The position numbers were made by a program, and so were the translations under genes. The notes beneath the pieces were generated by a model, which was not told where the DNA came from, ran no database searches, and was given only the letters and a program-made list of their open reading frames with translations. Positions 11,614 through 25,600 of a stretch of 64,000 nucleotides of DNA are shown here, piece after piece. Position 1 is the first letter of the stretch, and every line of letters starts with the position of its first letter. This DNA comes from Lingula anatina. Its lineage: Eukaryota > Animalia > Brachiopoda. The stretch is taken from assembly GCA_051362555.1 (NCBI GenBank), contig CM120647.1:1736001-1800000 (forward strand). The letters run 5' to 3'.

Positions 11614-13699
11614 ACTGACGATGTAAAGCACAATGCAAGCTTTTCAGTAAATAATTCAATAGTCAAATGTAAGGCAACTCGTCTGAAGCACTCTTTATAG
11701 TGTGAAAGCAGATGATCAGGTGATGGTGACCTTGATATTATTTGTGGAAACTGTACTATGTCAATAGTAATAACGTGAACTATATTTGATATGGTTTTTA
11801 GTACAAGTGACCTTGCAACAATTGGGGACAACAGTAACTTCTACAGGGGTGATTGGTGAAACGGTAACAACTACATGTACAACAATACGACACTGTACAC
11901 AGATCAGCAGCATCTCTACAATGTGGATGTTATTTTTTTCTTGCCAGATCTCCCTCCTGCTAAAAATCCAGAATTGTTAAGATATGCTGATCTTGAAAAT
12001 TGACACTATTAGTCGATCTTAGTGAATTTAGAAGTATTTTGCCCATCTACATTAACCGTGTGAAATACAGATAGACTGCATACTTTTTACCCCTCCTTGA
12101 CAAAGATCTGTGAAAACTTTCCCATCGTTTGTAATCTCAATACATGTTTGCAGATATCTGATCAGTGATAATCTTACCCATCGTTTGTAATCTGAGTACA
12201 TTTTTGAAGATATCTGATAAGAGATAAACTTGTCTGATGTTTAAAACCCCGTCATGCGTTTGTCAGGTGATTAGTCCAAAGAACGTAAACAGTAGTTATT
12301 TATCTCAGAGTACTATTGTTTGGTGATAATAATGTTATAAAGAAGTGTCATAAATAGCATCTGAGTGCAGTTATAGGTTAATAACTAACCAGATCTTTAG
12401 CCTCGGTATTGCATACTGAGGTGATTTGGTGCTGTTTTCACCCTCCCACACCCCCATCCCCTCACCCCCGCCACCACCTCACCCACCTAAAAGCTGCCAT
12501 GTCTCTCTGACACAGCTTTATTTACCCATTAAATATTCCGAACTCTTTTTTCATCTCCTATTTACTCTTCACCTTGTTCTTCACTATTATGAAGTGGTAA
12601 GGCCTGATCAATAATGTCATAGTCCTCTCTTCCCCCCTCTCTGGTTACTGATTGTCCCTGTCAGTACACCATGATCAGCTGATAGAATACAGTACAGTGT
12701 GTCACGTTTTACCTGTGCAGTTGAATCAGTTAATAAGTCAACCCAGACACCCTGCCCCCGCTGCCCCGTCTCCTTGCCACTACCGGTACATCATAATGTG
12801 TCAGGGAACACCGTATTAGAAAAATTTTAATATGTTTAATGTTTCATACATGGTGTTGTACGTATTAATTCAATCAGTGAATGAAAAGCTACAGGTAAGA
12901 TGTGAGTAGCTTTAGATAAATATCCATAACTAGGAGGTCAAACTTTAATGTCCTTTGTTTCAAGATAGTAATCCCATAGATCTTGATTATATGGAGTTAT
13001 TGGGAGTGCCCACGATGAGGGGTAGACTTGTGTTTGAATTAATCAATCAGTTTATAATTAATCTGATTGACAATTTAACTGATAAAGTTAACATAAAAAT
13101 ATGTGAATTTAAATCTTGAGGGAAACTAGGTGGGGGACCAGAGAGAGAAAGAGAGAGAAGATTGGATTGAGGCTGAGAAGGGATTTTCATTGTACCATGT
13201 GACTTTTAGTTTAGCAAAACATATATTCTTTTGAACCTGGTAATTTCAATCGCAGTTTAACAGATCGCAGTATTCAAAGATGTGAGCCCATTGTGCTCAA
13301 TCCTGGGGTTTTATTTAAAGGGTTATTTCATATAGTGGGAGGGGGGGTCGGGGTTATAATAGAGAAGGATCCTCACAAGTAAAATGATGGGACCCGCACA
13401 ATAATCAGCTGATAGAGTACAACAGTGTGTCTTGTGCTTGTGCTTATCAGTTAATAAGTCACCCTGACCCCCCCCCCCCCCCCCCCCCCCACTGCCTTGT
13501 TACACTGGCACTACAATACAGTTTGTCTTGTGGTCGGACACATGTTTTACCTGGTAAAAATTGGTGTTAACTTTGTCGTAAAGCATTATGTAATTTTGCA
13601 TCCAAATTGAAAAAATAACCTATTCTGTGTATGATTGTTTCTGCTTTTAGTCTGTACATGTGACAGCTTTGCTGCCTTATTTCTGAGCCCCCCCCCCCC

Positions 13700-13732
<33 letters not shown>

Positions 13733-14870
13733 GTCCAATTTGCTTCATATACCTTTGTTGTGCGCGACATCCCTTGTACGTATCGGTAGTTGAAAATTAA
13801 AAAAAAAAAAAAAAACAGTCAGATAAAAATGTCCCAGCTATGTCTTTTTCTCTCTTTGAACTACGCATATTTTTCTGTGATTTTTCAAATATTTCCATGA
13901 ATGAAAAACCCATTGCTCTTAATTTAGGGACTACTCTTATTTCATAGAAACCATCTTATAATGTCAGATACATTTGAATTTAATAAAAATGATCTTTAGC
14001 AGGCGAACATACAAGTAGCGGTGACATAATCATGCTCTAAATATTTGATTCCGGAAACGCCTAGTTTCACAAAAGTAAGTTAAAATTCCCATCGACGTGC
14101 TATGGTCGAATTTAAAATACAAGAAACAGCAATAACATTGACATTTTCATGAAAATGGGTTTTAATTTGCATTTTTAGAAGTCTTTCGTGTATTGAAACT
14201 GCTTCATTATGAAGTAGCTGCACTGGTATGTTTTAACGTCCAATTTAATATTCATTTTCGGTTCACATTTGCAGGTTTATTGTCATTTCGAAACAATGTG
14301 GTTGTTTCAAAGTATCTGTCCCTTTTATCTTCATTTATATTATTTTGTAAATATGGCAGACAGATTTTCCTGTCGCAAAATTATTCAAATAGAAAGCAAT
14401 ATTGAATCCATGCTAAAAGACTAATGGTTTTCTCATCACGAACAAGGTGAATAACCTAATAACTCTACTGAGAGGACAAAGGTTCCTTTTCTGTGACTGT
14501 GGTATAAATTGGACGGGTTTTAAACGAGTGGTCGGTTGTCTGTCATGTGGTCGGGATCAGGTAACCGTGGGGAAGACGCATCACTAGCCGTGACCTTAAA
14601 GCACATTTTGCGCCATTTTTACGGGGTTAAACGTTACTTTAGGATGTCTGTGCTGTTGACAGGGTTGAGGATACTCTGTCACCTGATTTTATTGACATTA
14701 CTTTGCTAGATTGTTTTTATCCCCAAGACCTACATGCATTGACGCTGTGCCTGCAGTCACATTCAGTGACCCAGCCAAATAACATCCATGAGCAAAAATG
14801 TTCATTAGCTTGGTATTTGGAACACATATGATAATTCTTTTGCACAAGTTGAAATATTATTCCTACTGTT
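10670..14870. repeat. Segmental tandem duplication, unit 2
   Basis: Paralogous to about 230-4620. Confidence 0.9.
14475..14625 (-). promoter_or_regulatory. Putative promoter/first non-coding exon of TRIM copy 2
   Basis: Near-identical to 4230-4385 and contains gcgccatttt (YY1 consensus). Confidence 0.35.
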
Positions 14871-17800
14871 AGCTTGCCACCAAGCGGTCAGTGAGTAATA
14901 ACTCACGTCAGTCTGATGAAGGAGTTTGTCCAGCTTGGCCGCAAGCTTAAGGCAAGAAGTATATTATCAGCCTGTGACAAAGTACATCTAGTTCATAAAG
15001 TTAAACGAAAAGAGCTGTTCACTTTCAAATACACACACATACACACACCAATGACATCAATGCACTATTTTCCTTTTAAAAAGTGTTAAAGCTCTCAACG
15101 GCATTTATCGCGTAAAGGGTTCAGCAATTGCCAATAAAGATTCCTTAGCACCCGTTTTAATAGCCATGCATGTCAACGAGATCAGGGATTCTTCACGCTT
15201 CGGGTGTGACATGACGGTGAAATGAATGGGGGTATGACGACAACGGACTGAACGCTTGGTATTAATGTCTAATTAAAGAAAAATGTGGAAAACACTTCCT
15301 GGAGAGTAAATACAACCTCACGAAGTGGCAACCCCGGTTTCTTTTTCTGTTGTATTGGCATCATGGAATTCTATTTTAGAACAGTGTAATGATAGCAAAA
15401 TTGGAATATAAATTATGAAATGCCTTTTATTGATAAATTGAATGAGAAATAACGTAATAAATGAATGAATAAAAAAGTGAACCAATAAATAGATGAAATA
15501 ATAAAGAGTGAGATAGTAAAAGTAGCAGAAAGTTGAAAACTTTTACTCTACTTTCGAAAATCGTTTTCACGTGGTGATACTTGATATTTTACCTACTCAT
15601 CAGCAAACAAACATATGTTCAAACCTTTCAGTATTCATGTTACGCCTAAGGCTGTCAACGATTTTAACAAAAAGCTGTTTCTTTCCCGGTATACAGTATA
15701 ATTTTGTGTATTTGAGGTAGTTTTATTGACCAGTGCCTTGCATGCGGGCCGTTGTGTATCTACATATACTAGTATGGTGGGAATCTTACAAATTTTTTAA
15801 TCTACTTCTTGTTTTCCTTTATATTATTTTCGGGTTTAATTTATAAAAATGCTTATTTTACGTAATTATAGTGAATTGTAAAACCAATACAATTATAATT
15901 TTAAGGATTTCAAGTCAATAAAAATACATGGTTACTGTCGAAGAAACAGGCATGGGGTTAAGGATAATGGGACACGTTTTATTTACTGTTTAAAGATGTG
16001 TTTGTGCCGATTAAAACGGCAATTATTTCATTTAATTGTTTCCTTATTGCTGCTCCTCATTCATTAAATCTCTACAGCTGGGTGAAGGTGTAGAAGCGAA
16101 GGTGGGTCGGAGAGATTTATGAGTCTTAATTAACAGAAGCCAGAAAAGCCACAAGGTGTACGTTGATGCTGGAAATAAACAAACAAGCACGATGGAGCAA
16201 TTATTTCATTTTCCCGGGTGATCACAGGAATGTGACAGTCCTTACTTACAAAAATGGGGAGGGGAATCCTTAGTCTCTTGTAAAAAAACAACAAAAAACG
16301 ACGAAGTAGTAAGAAATATACTCCCTAATTTGGCATGGAATAAAAGGGCAGTGGCCCAAAGCGCCCAGTCAATGTTCTTATTAGAATTGTACCAGTCATA
16401 TAACCTTTAAAGGTATCCTGTCCGGGATGAAATTAGCAGTTGATTTTTTTCTCACTCACAAATTATTTCTTGGCCCGACCCCGCACTCAGATACGCTGTT
16501 TTATTTCATTTTTAATTTCAAAAAGAATTCAGACATTCTGGCTAGTCACATGGACCGCCATTTAATGAATATTTCAGTAGAAAAGATCGACATTAGGTAC
16601 TTTTATTGAAGAGGTTTAATCTTTTTGTGGACTGAATTGCAAAGGATGAATAGAATTTGCATTATATGTAAACATAAAAAATGAGACCTTGGGACATTCC
16701 CAAACGCGAATAGTACATATACCTATTATGAAGAATAATACCAGTCTTTGTGTTAAAACAGCACCAACAGTATTGCGTTAAAATTGTGTTTATCAGCAAG
16801 ATGACCAAGGTCCTAATACTGTTCCTCATTCTTGAGGATGACCCCTACAGACAGCCTCATTGCTGGGTCGTCTGACGTTTTTGAATGTTAAACCGGTTTT
16901 TATTTCGGCCTGCACTTTATGTGTAGCAGTTGAAATCCAATGTTGTGATTATCATATTTTATTACATCGTTTGGGGACGCCCTCATCACGAAATTGTAAC
17001 AATCACACCAAATAATCTGCCTTTATGTCATAATTCCACACTTTTCGTGGCATAATATAATGCAGATGTGGGATTTTTTGGTAAATATTGAATTCGGACA
17101 CCTACCAACGAGCCACCCAACTGTAACGAAGTATGCGAATAAAACTTTTAATGGAGCCTTTTTACGCTTTGAAAAATGCTGAACCGTTGCGATGGCCATA
17201 TTAACTACCAATTAAACTTAGCCCCATAGTCAATGGAAAAATTTGCAAGTCTTTAAGATTAGCAGGTTGCCAGTATTACCGCTGCGTTTCCTGTATATGC
17301 GTATATAGGTAACGGGTTGGTGGAAAGAGGCGCACTTGAGTAGCTAGAAGAGGTGCTTGCAGAGAGGAACCATTACAAAAAAAGTAAGTGAGCCTTTTAT
17401 ACATATAGACACTGAAGGGGGAGATGATATCAAGTATTGGAAGCAAGAGAATCCTTGTCTCTGACTCAGGTTAACTTGAATTTTGATAAAAGATGCATTG
17501 TTGAGTTACGGTTTATTTGTCTTGTTATACATTTTTCTTTTTTGAACAACATTTCATCAAATTACTTCGATATTGTAAATTAAGAGCACGAACCGCTGCC
17601 GTGTTCCAATTTAGCATAGAGTCAGATGCAAACAAACTTTCTAGCATGTGCATGTTATAAGCGTTGAATCATTTTGATCTCTATTTTATCAAGTTAAAAG
17701 ATGAAAGGAAAAAAGGAATGTCGGAGCTCTTACTGCAAATATCTGCCCCACGTGGGCGACCAACATAAAGTTTAATTTTCATTCTTTGCGTGACATTTTT

Positions 17801-19628
17801 AGTGCGGGGAATACTTTTTGCTGCCATTGATGAACAAGTGAACCGGTTTCGATATTTTTTGGGCAATTTTTGAGCAATAACGCATGCTTGTGTGTCGTTT
17901 TCTGAACATTTCGTAACATGATACTATTTCCTTTGCTTTGCTTCCACCATTTTCTGAGTGACACCTCTCTTTAACATTCAATGGATTCGTTTAGTAATGG
18001 CTGACAACAGCATGGAATCAACCACAAAACATTCTTCCACCTCGTGTGTGTATGCAACAATAAAGAGGAGAGTGAAACGTTTTACTTTCTTTGTAAAAAG
18101 CAAGAAAAAATCGTTTGTGCTACGCTTGCTTATTCAAATATGATTCAGGATGTTTAAGTTGTCCAGAAAAAGAACGGAATCGTGTCTCTAAGTGTTAAAA
18201 AGTCACCCATATATTACAGTCACACGTAAAAGTTAGGAAAAGTTGGCACTCATAAATAAAATGAAGGATGGACGTGTTATAAAATCTCAGAAATTCATCC
18301 ACAATCTCTTATGTGGACAATGTCATTTTTGGAAAGTGTGTGGGCTTTACTATGAGTCTACGCACGTGGTCCGTGAACGCCGCCCACGCCCTTACACCTG
18401 ATGAGCATTTGCATAACTGGCCTACTCGTAGGTCTGGACAGCGGTGGTCATTTGGGCATGTTTAATAATTTAGGGCTACATGCAGGTACAAATGCTGTTT
18501 CATTAAATCTTCAGAATTTATTGCAATCAACATTGTCGTAGGTTTACCAAAGGTAATGGCAATTCCATGACGTGAAAGATGGCATTTTTGTTCTTTATTA
18601 GAATTAACTTTTTGTCTCGTAATGATTTGCAGTGCCAATGCGGGAGATCGTTTTGTCTCTCAAGAAACACTTCCTGAATGAAGAAATCTCTACATAATTT
18701 TAAAATTGTTAGTTACTATAATCCTGTGTGAACAGCGAGGGGATAAATATCAAGTCTGCTCAGCTACAAGTGATGATCAAGTTGTAAGAATTACAATATG
18801 TCTATCTCCGGAAGTATATGTACAACGATTTGCAAGCCCGTAGCTTGGAGATGGCGCTGCGGATGTCGAACGAACCGCTTTTTTTCTCGGGAAAAGATCC
18901 GCTGTGGGTAAAAATTGATCTAGATACACACAGGTTCTTGGTAAATGGTCCGCTTTTTCAAAAAGACTCTTCTCCTTTGGAATTGCCGGCTATGCGTCTG
19001 GTTTGTTTCTCGAACAAAAATACAATGAGAAAAATGTCAACATCTCTGTCAGAAGCCGGGGTTAACATTGTAGCTGAAGTTAAATAATCTCCAGGTGCGC
19101 AGAGGGCTTTCAGTGCACCTGGTGTGAGCCTTTTTACAATTCACCTCAAGTGATACGAGGGAGACCATGTCACGCATCACGTTCTATGGGTAATTTAACT
19201 TTTGAAACTCATCAATGATCCAGTTCTAAATTGTCACTTAAAGGGCATTAAGAGGCTCCTTGCCAGGTGCCATTTAGGGGGAATGCTTGGTAACGTTTAG
19301 TATTTAATGCGACGGTGGATATGAAGAGAAATAAAGGCACAGGGTTGACAGGGGTGACGGTTTGAAAGGAAACAGCACGAACTTTCACCCTGTCAAGGAA
19401 GTTTCCTTTCATTGTAATATCTCGTCTATTAACATATGACTGAAAGACAAAAGCAGAACACCCTATACAGTGTACATTCTCCAAAGAAATAATGTGACAT
19501 GCGGTAAATTTTCTGGGATTTTTGCACTCTTCACCCTTCTTTAAAAACAGTGGCCCAAACTGATTAAGCAATTAAAATTTGGAATAATAGCATTAATTAA
19601 AGTAACACAATCTATTCCACGTTCCAGT

Positions 19629-22600
19629 ATGTTGCGTCTGGTGGTATTGGCAGTGGCTCTGTCCGTGGTCTACGGTATGGAAGCCGCGGGTAGTGCGAAC
19701 ACACAGGGGCAGCTACTGGCAGCTGCTGGTTTTAATGCCGCCCAAGTAAACACCGTACAAAGTAAGTATGAACAGGTCTTTCTAGTGGCCCTGTCTGGTT
19801 GACACTGTTTATTTCACCTATCCATTTTATTTATTGTTTTTTTTTCGTTCATTTGTCTTTCTAAGGTATCATATCCCCTGCCCATTAGCGTATCTGGGAT
19901 TCTGTTGAAAACTAATTCCCAATCGTGCCCGGAAGTCTGTTGTACGGCAACAGAATTACACGCGATTCCAATATCTGTGATATCGAGAACTGCAGCCGTC
20001 TTTCTTTCTGTTTGTTTCAGCTTGCAAAGCAGACATTTGCTTTGCGTTGGACAGCTCAGGCAGCCTGGGAAACAACGGCTGGAATACGGTGATAGCTTTT
20101 GCCAAAAATGTCGTCCAGTATCTGCCAGTGTCACAACAACAGGTAAGCTACTGGTAATGGGTCACTCCACGGTAAATGTTTTTTTAAATGGAATACAATC
20201 TATAAAATAACATCTTCTAAAACAGACATTTTCATAACGATGCCATAGGTTAGTCATGGTTTTCAGGTATACATCTTTTTACAGCAAAATTAAGAATTGG
20301 TACTTTTCGTAGTTTTCTCGAGAGCGTCTGTTTGAAAAAACTCAGTGGAATGGTACACAAGTGCGTGCCCGCCACTGCTTGCTTCAAAGACCTAACCATG
20401 TGCAGCCTTTATTTTCACACCAAAACAACTTCAGAGATATTTTAAATGAAAGAAAACCTTTAATAATGATAAATTCAACTCGTATTTGGCAATCTGCGTA
20501 CGTTGAAAGCACTTTGCACGGGATTTATGATTTAATTGCCAAAATTCATTTTCCTTAAAAAAGAAATATAGAAAGCTTTTCAGCATAAAATATATCAATG
20601 TGGGTAGGTTTCAAAGGCATGCAGATGATCCTTAACCGTTTCAACATAAACCTGCAATCCAATTAAAGTTAGTAATTAATTGACTATTTGAGTTTCACAG
20701 ATATTAACTTTTTTATCTAGGTCAAAATATCGACAGTCTCTTTCAACGAAGTGGTCACCGACCAGTTCAATTTCAACTACCAACCCCAGTCTGTCACAGG
20801 CATAATGAACAAGCTGTCCACCCTGCCCTATTCTGCAGGAAACACAAATATCGGGGACGCCATGAGGAGATGCAGGGACTACTTGACGCAGGCGCAGTAC
20901 GGTGCACGTTTTGAAGCAGGTGTCAGCAAAATCGCCGTGGTGTTCACAGACGGCAAGGCCAACAGAGGTAGGGGTCTCTCACGGTTATTGATAGACTGGG
21001 GGAAATCATGGCGAAAAAATTTGCCAAAGTCACCAGCCAACACTTTTCGGGTGTTTGTGGCAGATATAAAACACATTTTATGATTATATGATATCTGACA
21101 ACTAAGCTGGAAGTTGGTGTCTATCTTGGTAATAATGATATGAGGAATTATCAAGTTAAATTTGAATATCAAAATTCAGAAGTAAAATTGAAAGTGGGAT
21201 AAAGGCAGATCAGGTTAATTAGATAGATCATCGCCAAAACCTAACCCTTTCTTGCTTGGTCCATTTCTGAACCATCCTGAAAATTCCATTACGTTGGCCC
21301 ATTTGTAACCGATCTTGATATTAATTGCTTAATTTATCAAACGATCTTCACCAAAATATATTCATTTCTTACTTGGGCCATTGTGACATATTCTGATTGT
21401 GTCATTAAGGCCCGTTCATTACTTTTTGCGTAATGCTGTACTCAGACAAACAAACAAACCCACTAACCGTAAAGAAAACATAACCTCTTACAAATTGTTG
21501 AGGGCAATTTTGGGCGCCGATCACAAATGATAGAAGGAGACAAGAACTACTTCGCAGACTATTCTAGATAACTAAAACTATAGAACGGTCAACCAAAAAA
21601 CCGATAACTGGATGTTCGTTTGTTCTTAACGCGGTAAACTTCAAATGCACATGGGTGTCGAAAAACGAAGAAGCTGACAGGCCGTGTAAATAAAGTAAGG
21701 GTACCTTTAAGCGGTACCTTTGATTCCAGTGAACCCACGACTAGTGTCTGGTTAATGACCTTATCGTTTACGTACAGCGGCAAAGGTTCTACTGAGTTGA
21801 ATGTATCTTCAATAACAAACCTTAGTCCATTTGATTACCAGTACCAGTTTGATGTATTTGGCCCTGATATAATATAATATAATATAATATAATATAATAT
21901 AATATAATATAATGATATAATGTAATGTAATATAATGTAATGTAATTATATAATGTAATGTTTTCTAAGTTTAAAGAATGTTTAGGCAAATAACGTACAC
22001 TAAATGTTCATAGCACATTGCAGGCAACCCAGTGTTTCTAATACCGATATTACATCATTCTGGCCTCACATGCTGTGTAGAAGATTTCCAGGCTACTCCG
22101 TGTTCCTATTTTTGTTTAAGACCGTGTTGCCTCACATTCTGTGTTGAACATTTCCAGGCGACCCAGTTAGTCAGGTATCCCAGGAGTTGATGAACTCTGG
22201 CCTCAGTTTCATCGCTGTTGGAGCGGGCAGCACGGACGACCAGGAACTGCTGGCTATTGCTCTTGGTCAGCCAGCCAATGTCCTCAAGGTCAGCGACCTG
22301 AACGCACTGAACTCTATTGTCACCAAGATTGTACAGAAGGCTTGTATTGGTAAGTCATGTTGTTAACTGATCTTATTGAATATTTATTTAGATCCGTTCA
22401 GATACATCTATGTGAATAGATTTGGCTCCATTTCAATCATTTGTCAATCGTCCCCCATACGGCCGGTATATATATGAAGCACATGTGTAACATTTGATTC
22501 TAGGAAAATACGTGTAAGTCATCGTTTATTGAACTTATTCAATAGAATCAGCTCAGTTTTTACCTCTGATATCGCAGTCATTTAATCTGGAAAGGGGGAG

Positions 22601-25600
22601 TTGTGTCCAATTATGTGTAAAATGCAGGAAGAACCAATTAAAATCGGTAAAAGATACAGTTAACTGCCCGTGTGTTTTTTTTTTCAATGTTTGTTCTGCA
22701 TACACGTACTTACTACACCTTGTGATTGTTATTTATTCAGACCGCTAGCAACTTAACTACTAGTATAGGAGCTATTGATGTCAAGTAAAGCCACAGGTTA
22801 AGCTAACTATCCATAATCATTTGAAAATATTTAAATTGTGATGTTGTACTTTTTCTTCCAGACATTCCAATGAGCACTACTCCCGCCCCAAGTAAGTATT
22901 TGATTGCTACCTGTTTTATTAACCTGGGGTAGGTGTGTGTGTGAGAGTCTGAGGGAATCTGTATGTCTTTCTCCCAATACCTTACCCGCAAGAAATGCAG
23001 TAGTATCGAAGTAGCAAAAAAGCATTAACGCAGTAGTGGTGTGGAGCATATTTGCAGTAGAAATGCAGTATAGCCTACTGCAATTCTACTTCAAAAATTA
23101 CATAGGGTTGTACAGAGGAGGAGCATTAATGCAGTAGATTAGCAGCATGATAGAAGCATGTTTCAAATATGCTAATTAGCTCCCACATCGAAGCAGATTT
23201 GAAACATGTTTGCAGTATGATTGCAGTAGTCTACTGCGCTGGAGTATCTACTTCGTTTTCGTGCGGGTAAGGTTAATGTGAAAGGCATATTACTTATATA
23301 GACATAGACATGATTTTAGCAAGCAGTTTTTTTCGACTACACTTCAACCGATTTTTTATCATTTTCTTTTTGGTATTAAATAAACATTAACATAATCACA
23401 TTCACATTAGCAACCAGTAAAATAAATTTTTATTCAGAAAAGAATTTTGTCTTATTTTAAAATAATATGAGATGATTGGTTCTACATGTACATGTATAAA
23501 TACATCAAAGATGTATACGTTACATATATTATTTGTAATATTATGGTATTTTGTATTGTAGAGAGGTGACAAATATGACAAAGAACCATATAAAATTCAA
23601 TAAACGATTACCATGTATTACCATATACCAAATATCATAATTATATGGTATATGGTAAAATATGGTAATTGTTTATATGATATATTACCATACATTATAT
23701 CATATATGGAAGGCATGCCATATAGTTCTATTTCCATCAACATTATCCCCCCTCTGTCCCTATTCCAGCCCCACCCCCACAGTGCGGACCCTGGAGTCCC
23801 TTCTCTCCATGTGACCGTCCTTGTGGAGGCGGCGTCCAGTCCCGGTACAGAGAGTGCTGCGGCGTCTGTAACCCGGTCACCGTGCAGACCAGGACGTGTA
23901 ACCCCCAGGAATGCCCTGGTAAGAGACGACCTTCACCTTCTAGGATGTCGACCTAGTTTCACCTTGACCTAGTTTGATAACGTAATTGGTACTGACGTTT
24001 TACATTTTAGTTTTTGTTTTATATGTTTATATGACTTTTAGATACTTATGAATTTATGACTGCAGATCTGTCTTCGGTTCATTAAACCACTAACGCTTCT
24101 GGCTAATAACACTGGCACTATTATACTGGCATGTTTAGAGTAAATAACGTTCACTGACTTAAATAGAATTATGTGAAAGTTACATGTTTTCAAGGGACGT
24201 ATAATTCAGCAGGACAGCAAATTTTTCTCTTATAACGCACCTTTTTTTACACAATATTTTTTTTAACATTTTAGTGAACGGCGGATGGCAGATGTGGGGA
24301 ATGTGGACGCAGTGCACAGCATCCTGTAATGGCGGCTTCAGAGGTCGTATCCGCTCGTGCTCCAATCCTGCACCACGAGGAGGTGGCTTCCAATGTCAAG
24401 GTCCCGGCCTTGAACTTCAGGCTTGTAACAGCGGTCCCTGTGTCAGTAAGTCTATGCTTCGTCTACTAAGTCATGCTTGGTGTGATATTCATTAATGACG
24501 CAATCAGCGTAAGGCTTTTCCATAGATATAATAATAGAACAAAAATGAAAAGTTTCAATTGCCAATTTCACTTTTTATGTAAATCTGCCCAGAAACGTTT
24601 GCCCAGTTACAGTCCTTAAACCTGTTTGAAATCTTTGAGTACCGAAAAATTAGAAAACTCCTTGGAAATGTTGACCGGCTATTATTGAAGTGCAATGATT
24701 GTGAAGATCGACATTTAATATCGGTGTACTGATCATAATTTTCTGAGCAGTCTGGACGAAGGGACTTTTAAGAATACGTTTAATGCCGATGTGGCAGCCA
24801 AACGTCTTCACGAGACCTCTTTGGTTAAAGAATAGGCAATTCCCTATTGCTTATACACTCATCAGTGCGTTCAAGAACTTTTAGCTTTTAGAGAAATAAT
24901 GTGTTTTATTCATAGTTTTTTCTCTTCAGTATTTATTCTTAAAAGTACACTTTTTATTTAGTCCAATTTTTAATACAGTACCTTATATTTTTATATATAC
25001 ACTTAATTTATGTTTTCATATATTTCCAAGAAGTACAATAAACCTTATTATGTTGTGAAATATATCCACGAAATGTTTCCAAGGTTAAAGAAAGCGTCTG
25101 TTAATCAAAATAAGTTGTATTGACTGTTCCCCTCAACTCTGAAATCGAATTTCACCTCCTCTTTCCGTCTGTTTTCCAGTCGACGTAAACGGTAACTGGG
25201 GGATGTGGTCCCAGTGGTCCCAGTGCTCGCAGTCGTGTTCTGGCGGCGTTCGTTCTCGTACCAGGCTGTGTAACAGTCCACCCCCACAGGGGAACGGACA
25301 GATGTGTGTAGGCAGCAGTATGCAGACCGAGTCCTGTGGACAGCCGTGCTGTACACGTAAGTATTCACTGGATTCAAGACATTTCTCACCCCTACACATA
25401 TAAAGTATATACATAATACCAGAAACAAAACAAGGCAGTTCTATTTAGATCTGTAATAGATTTTTAAAAAATATTCAAAAGATATGTGTTTTAAACCAAT
25501 ATTTACAGATAAAATTTCTCCCTGATTTTAAAAATCGACAGCAGGTTTTGGCTGTAAAATAAATCTTACTTAGATTATCTTAAAGATCATTAAAGCTTAG

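Noticed and set aside
11571-11831. Upstream ORF overlapping the TRIM start (paralogue 1202-1390)
   Set aside because: Starts at TTG, differs in length between the copies and has no recognisable motif. Its similarity is explained by the duplication.
15050-16240. Complex non-repetitive intergenic sequence with homeobox/forkhead-like motifs
   Set aside because: Could be enhancer DNA, but this cannot be supported without cross-species conservation.
17681-17981. Overlapping short minus-strand ORFs ending in VGRPR, reminiscent of a Tc1 transposase helix-turn-helix
   Set aside because: Needs several frameshifts and no flanking inverted repeats were found. Too weak to call.
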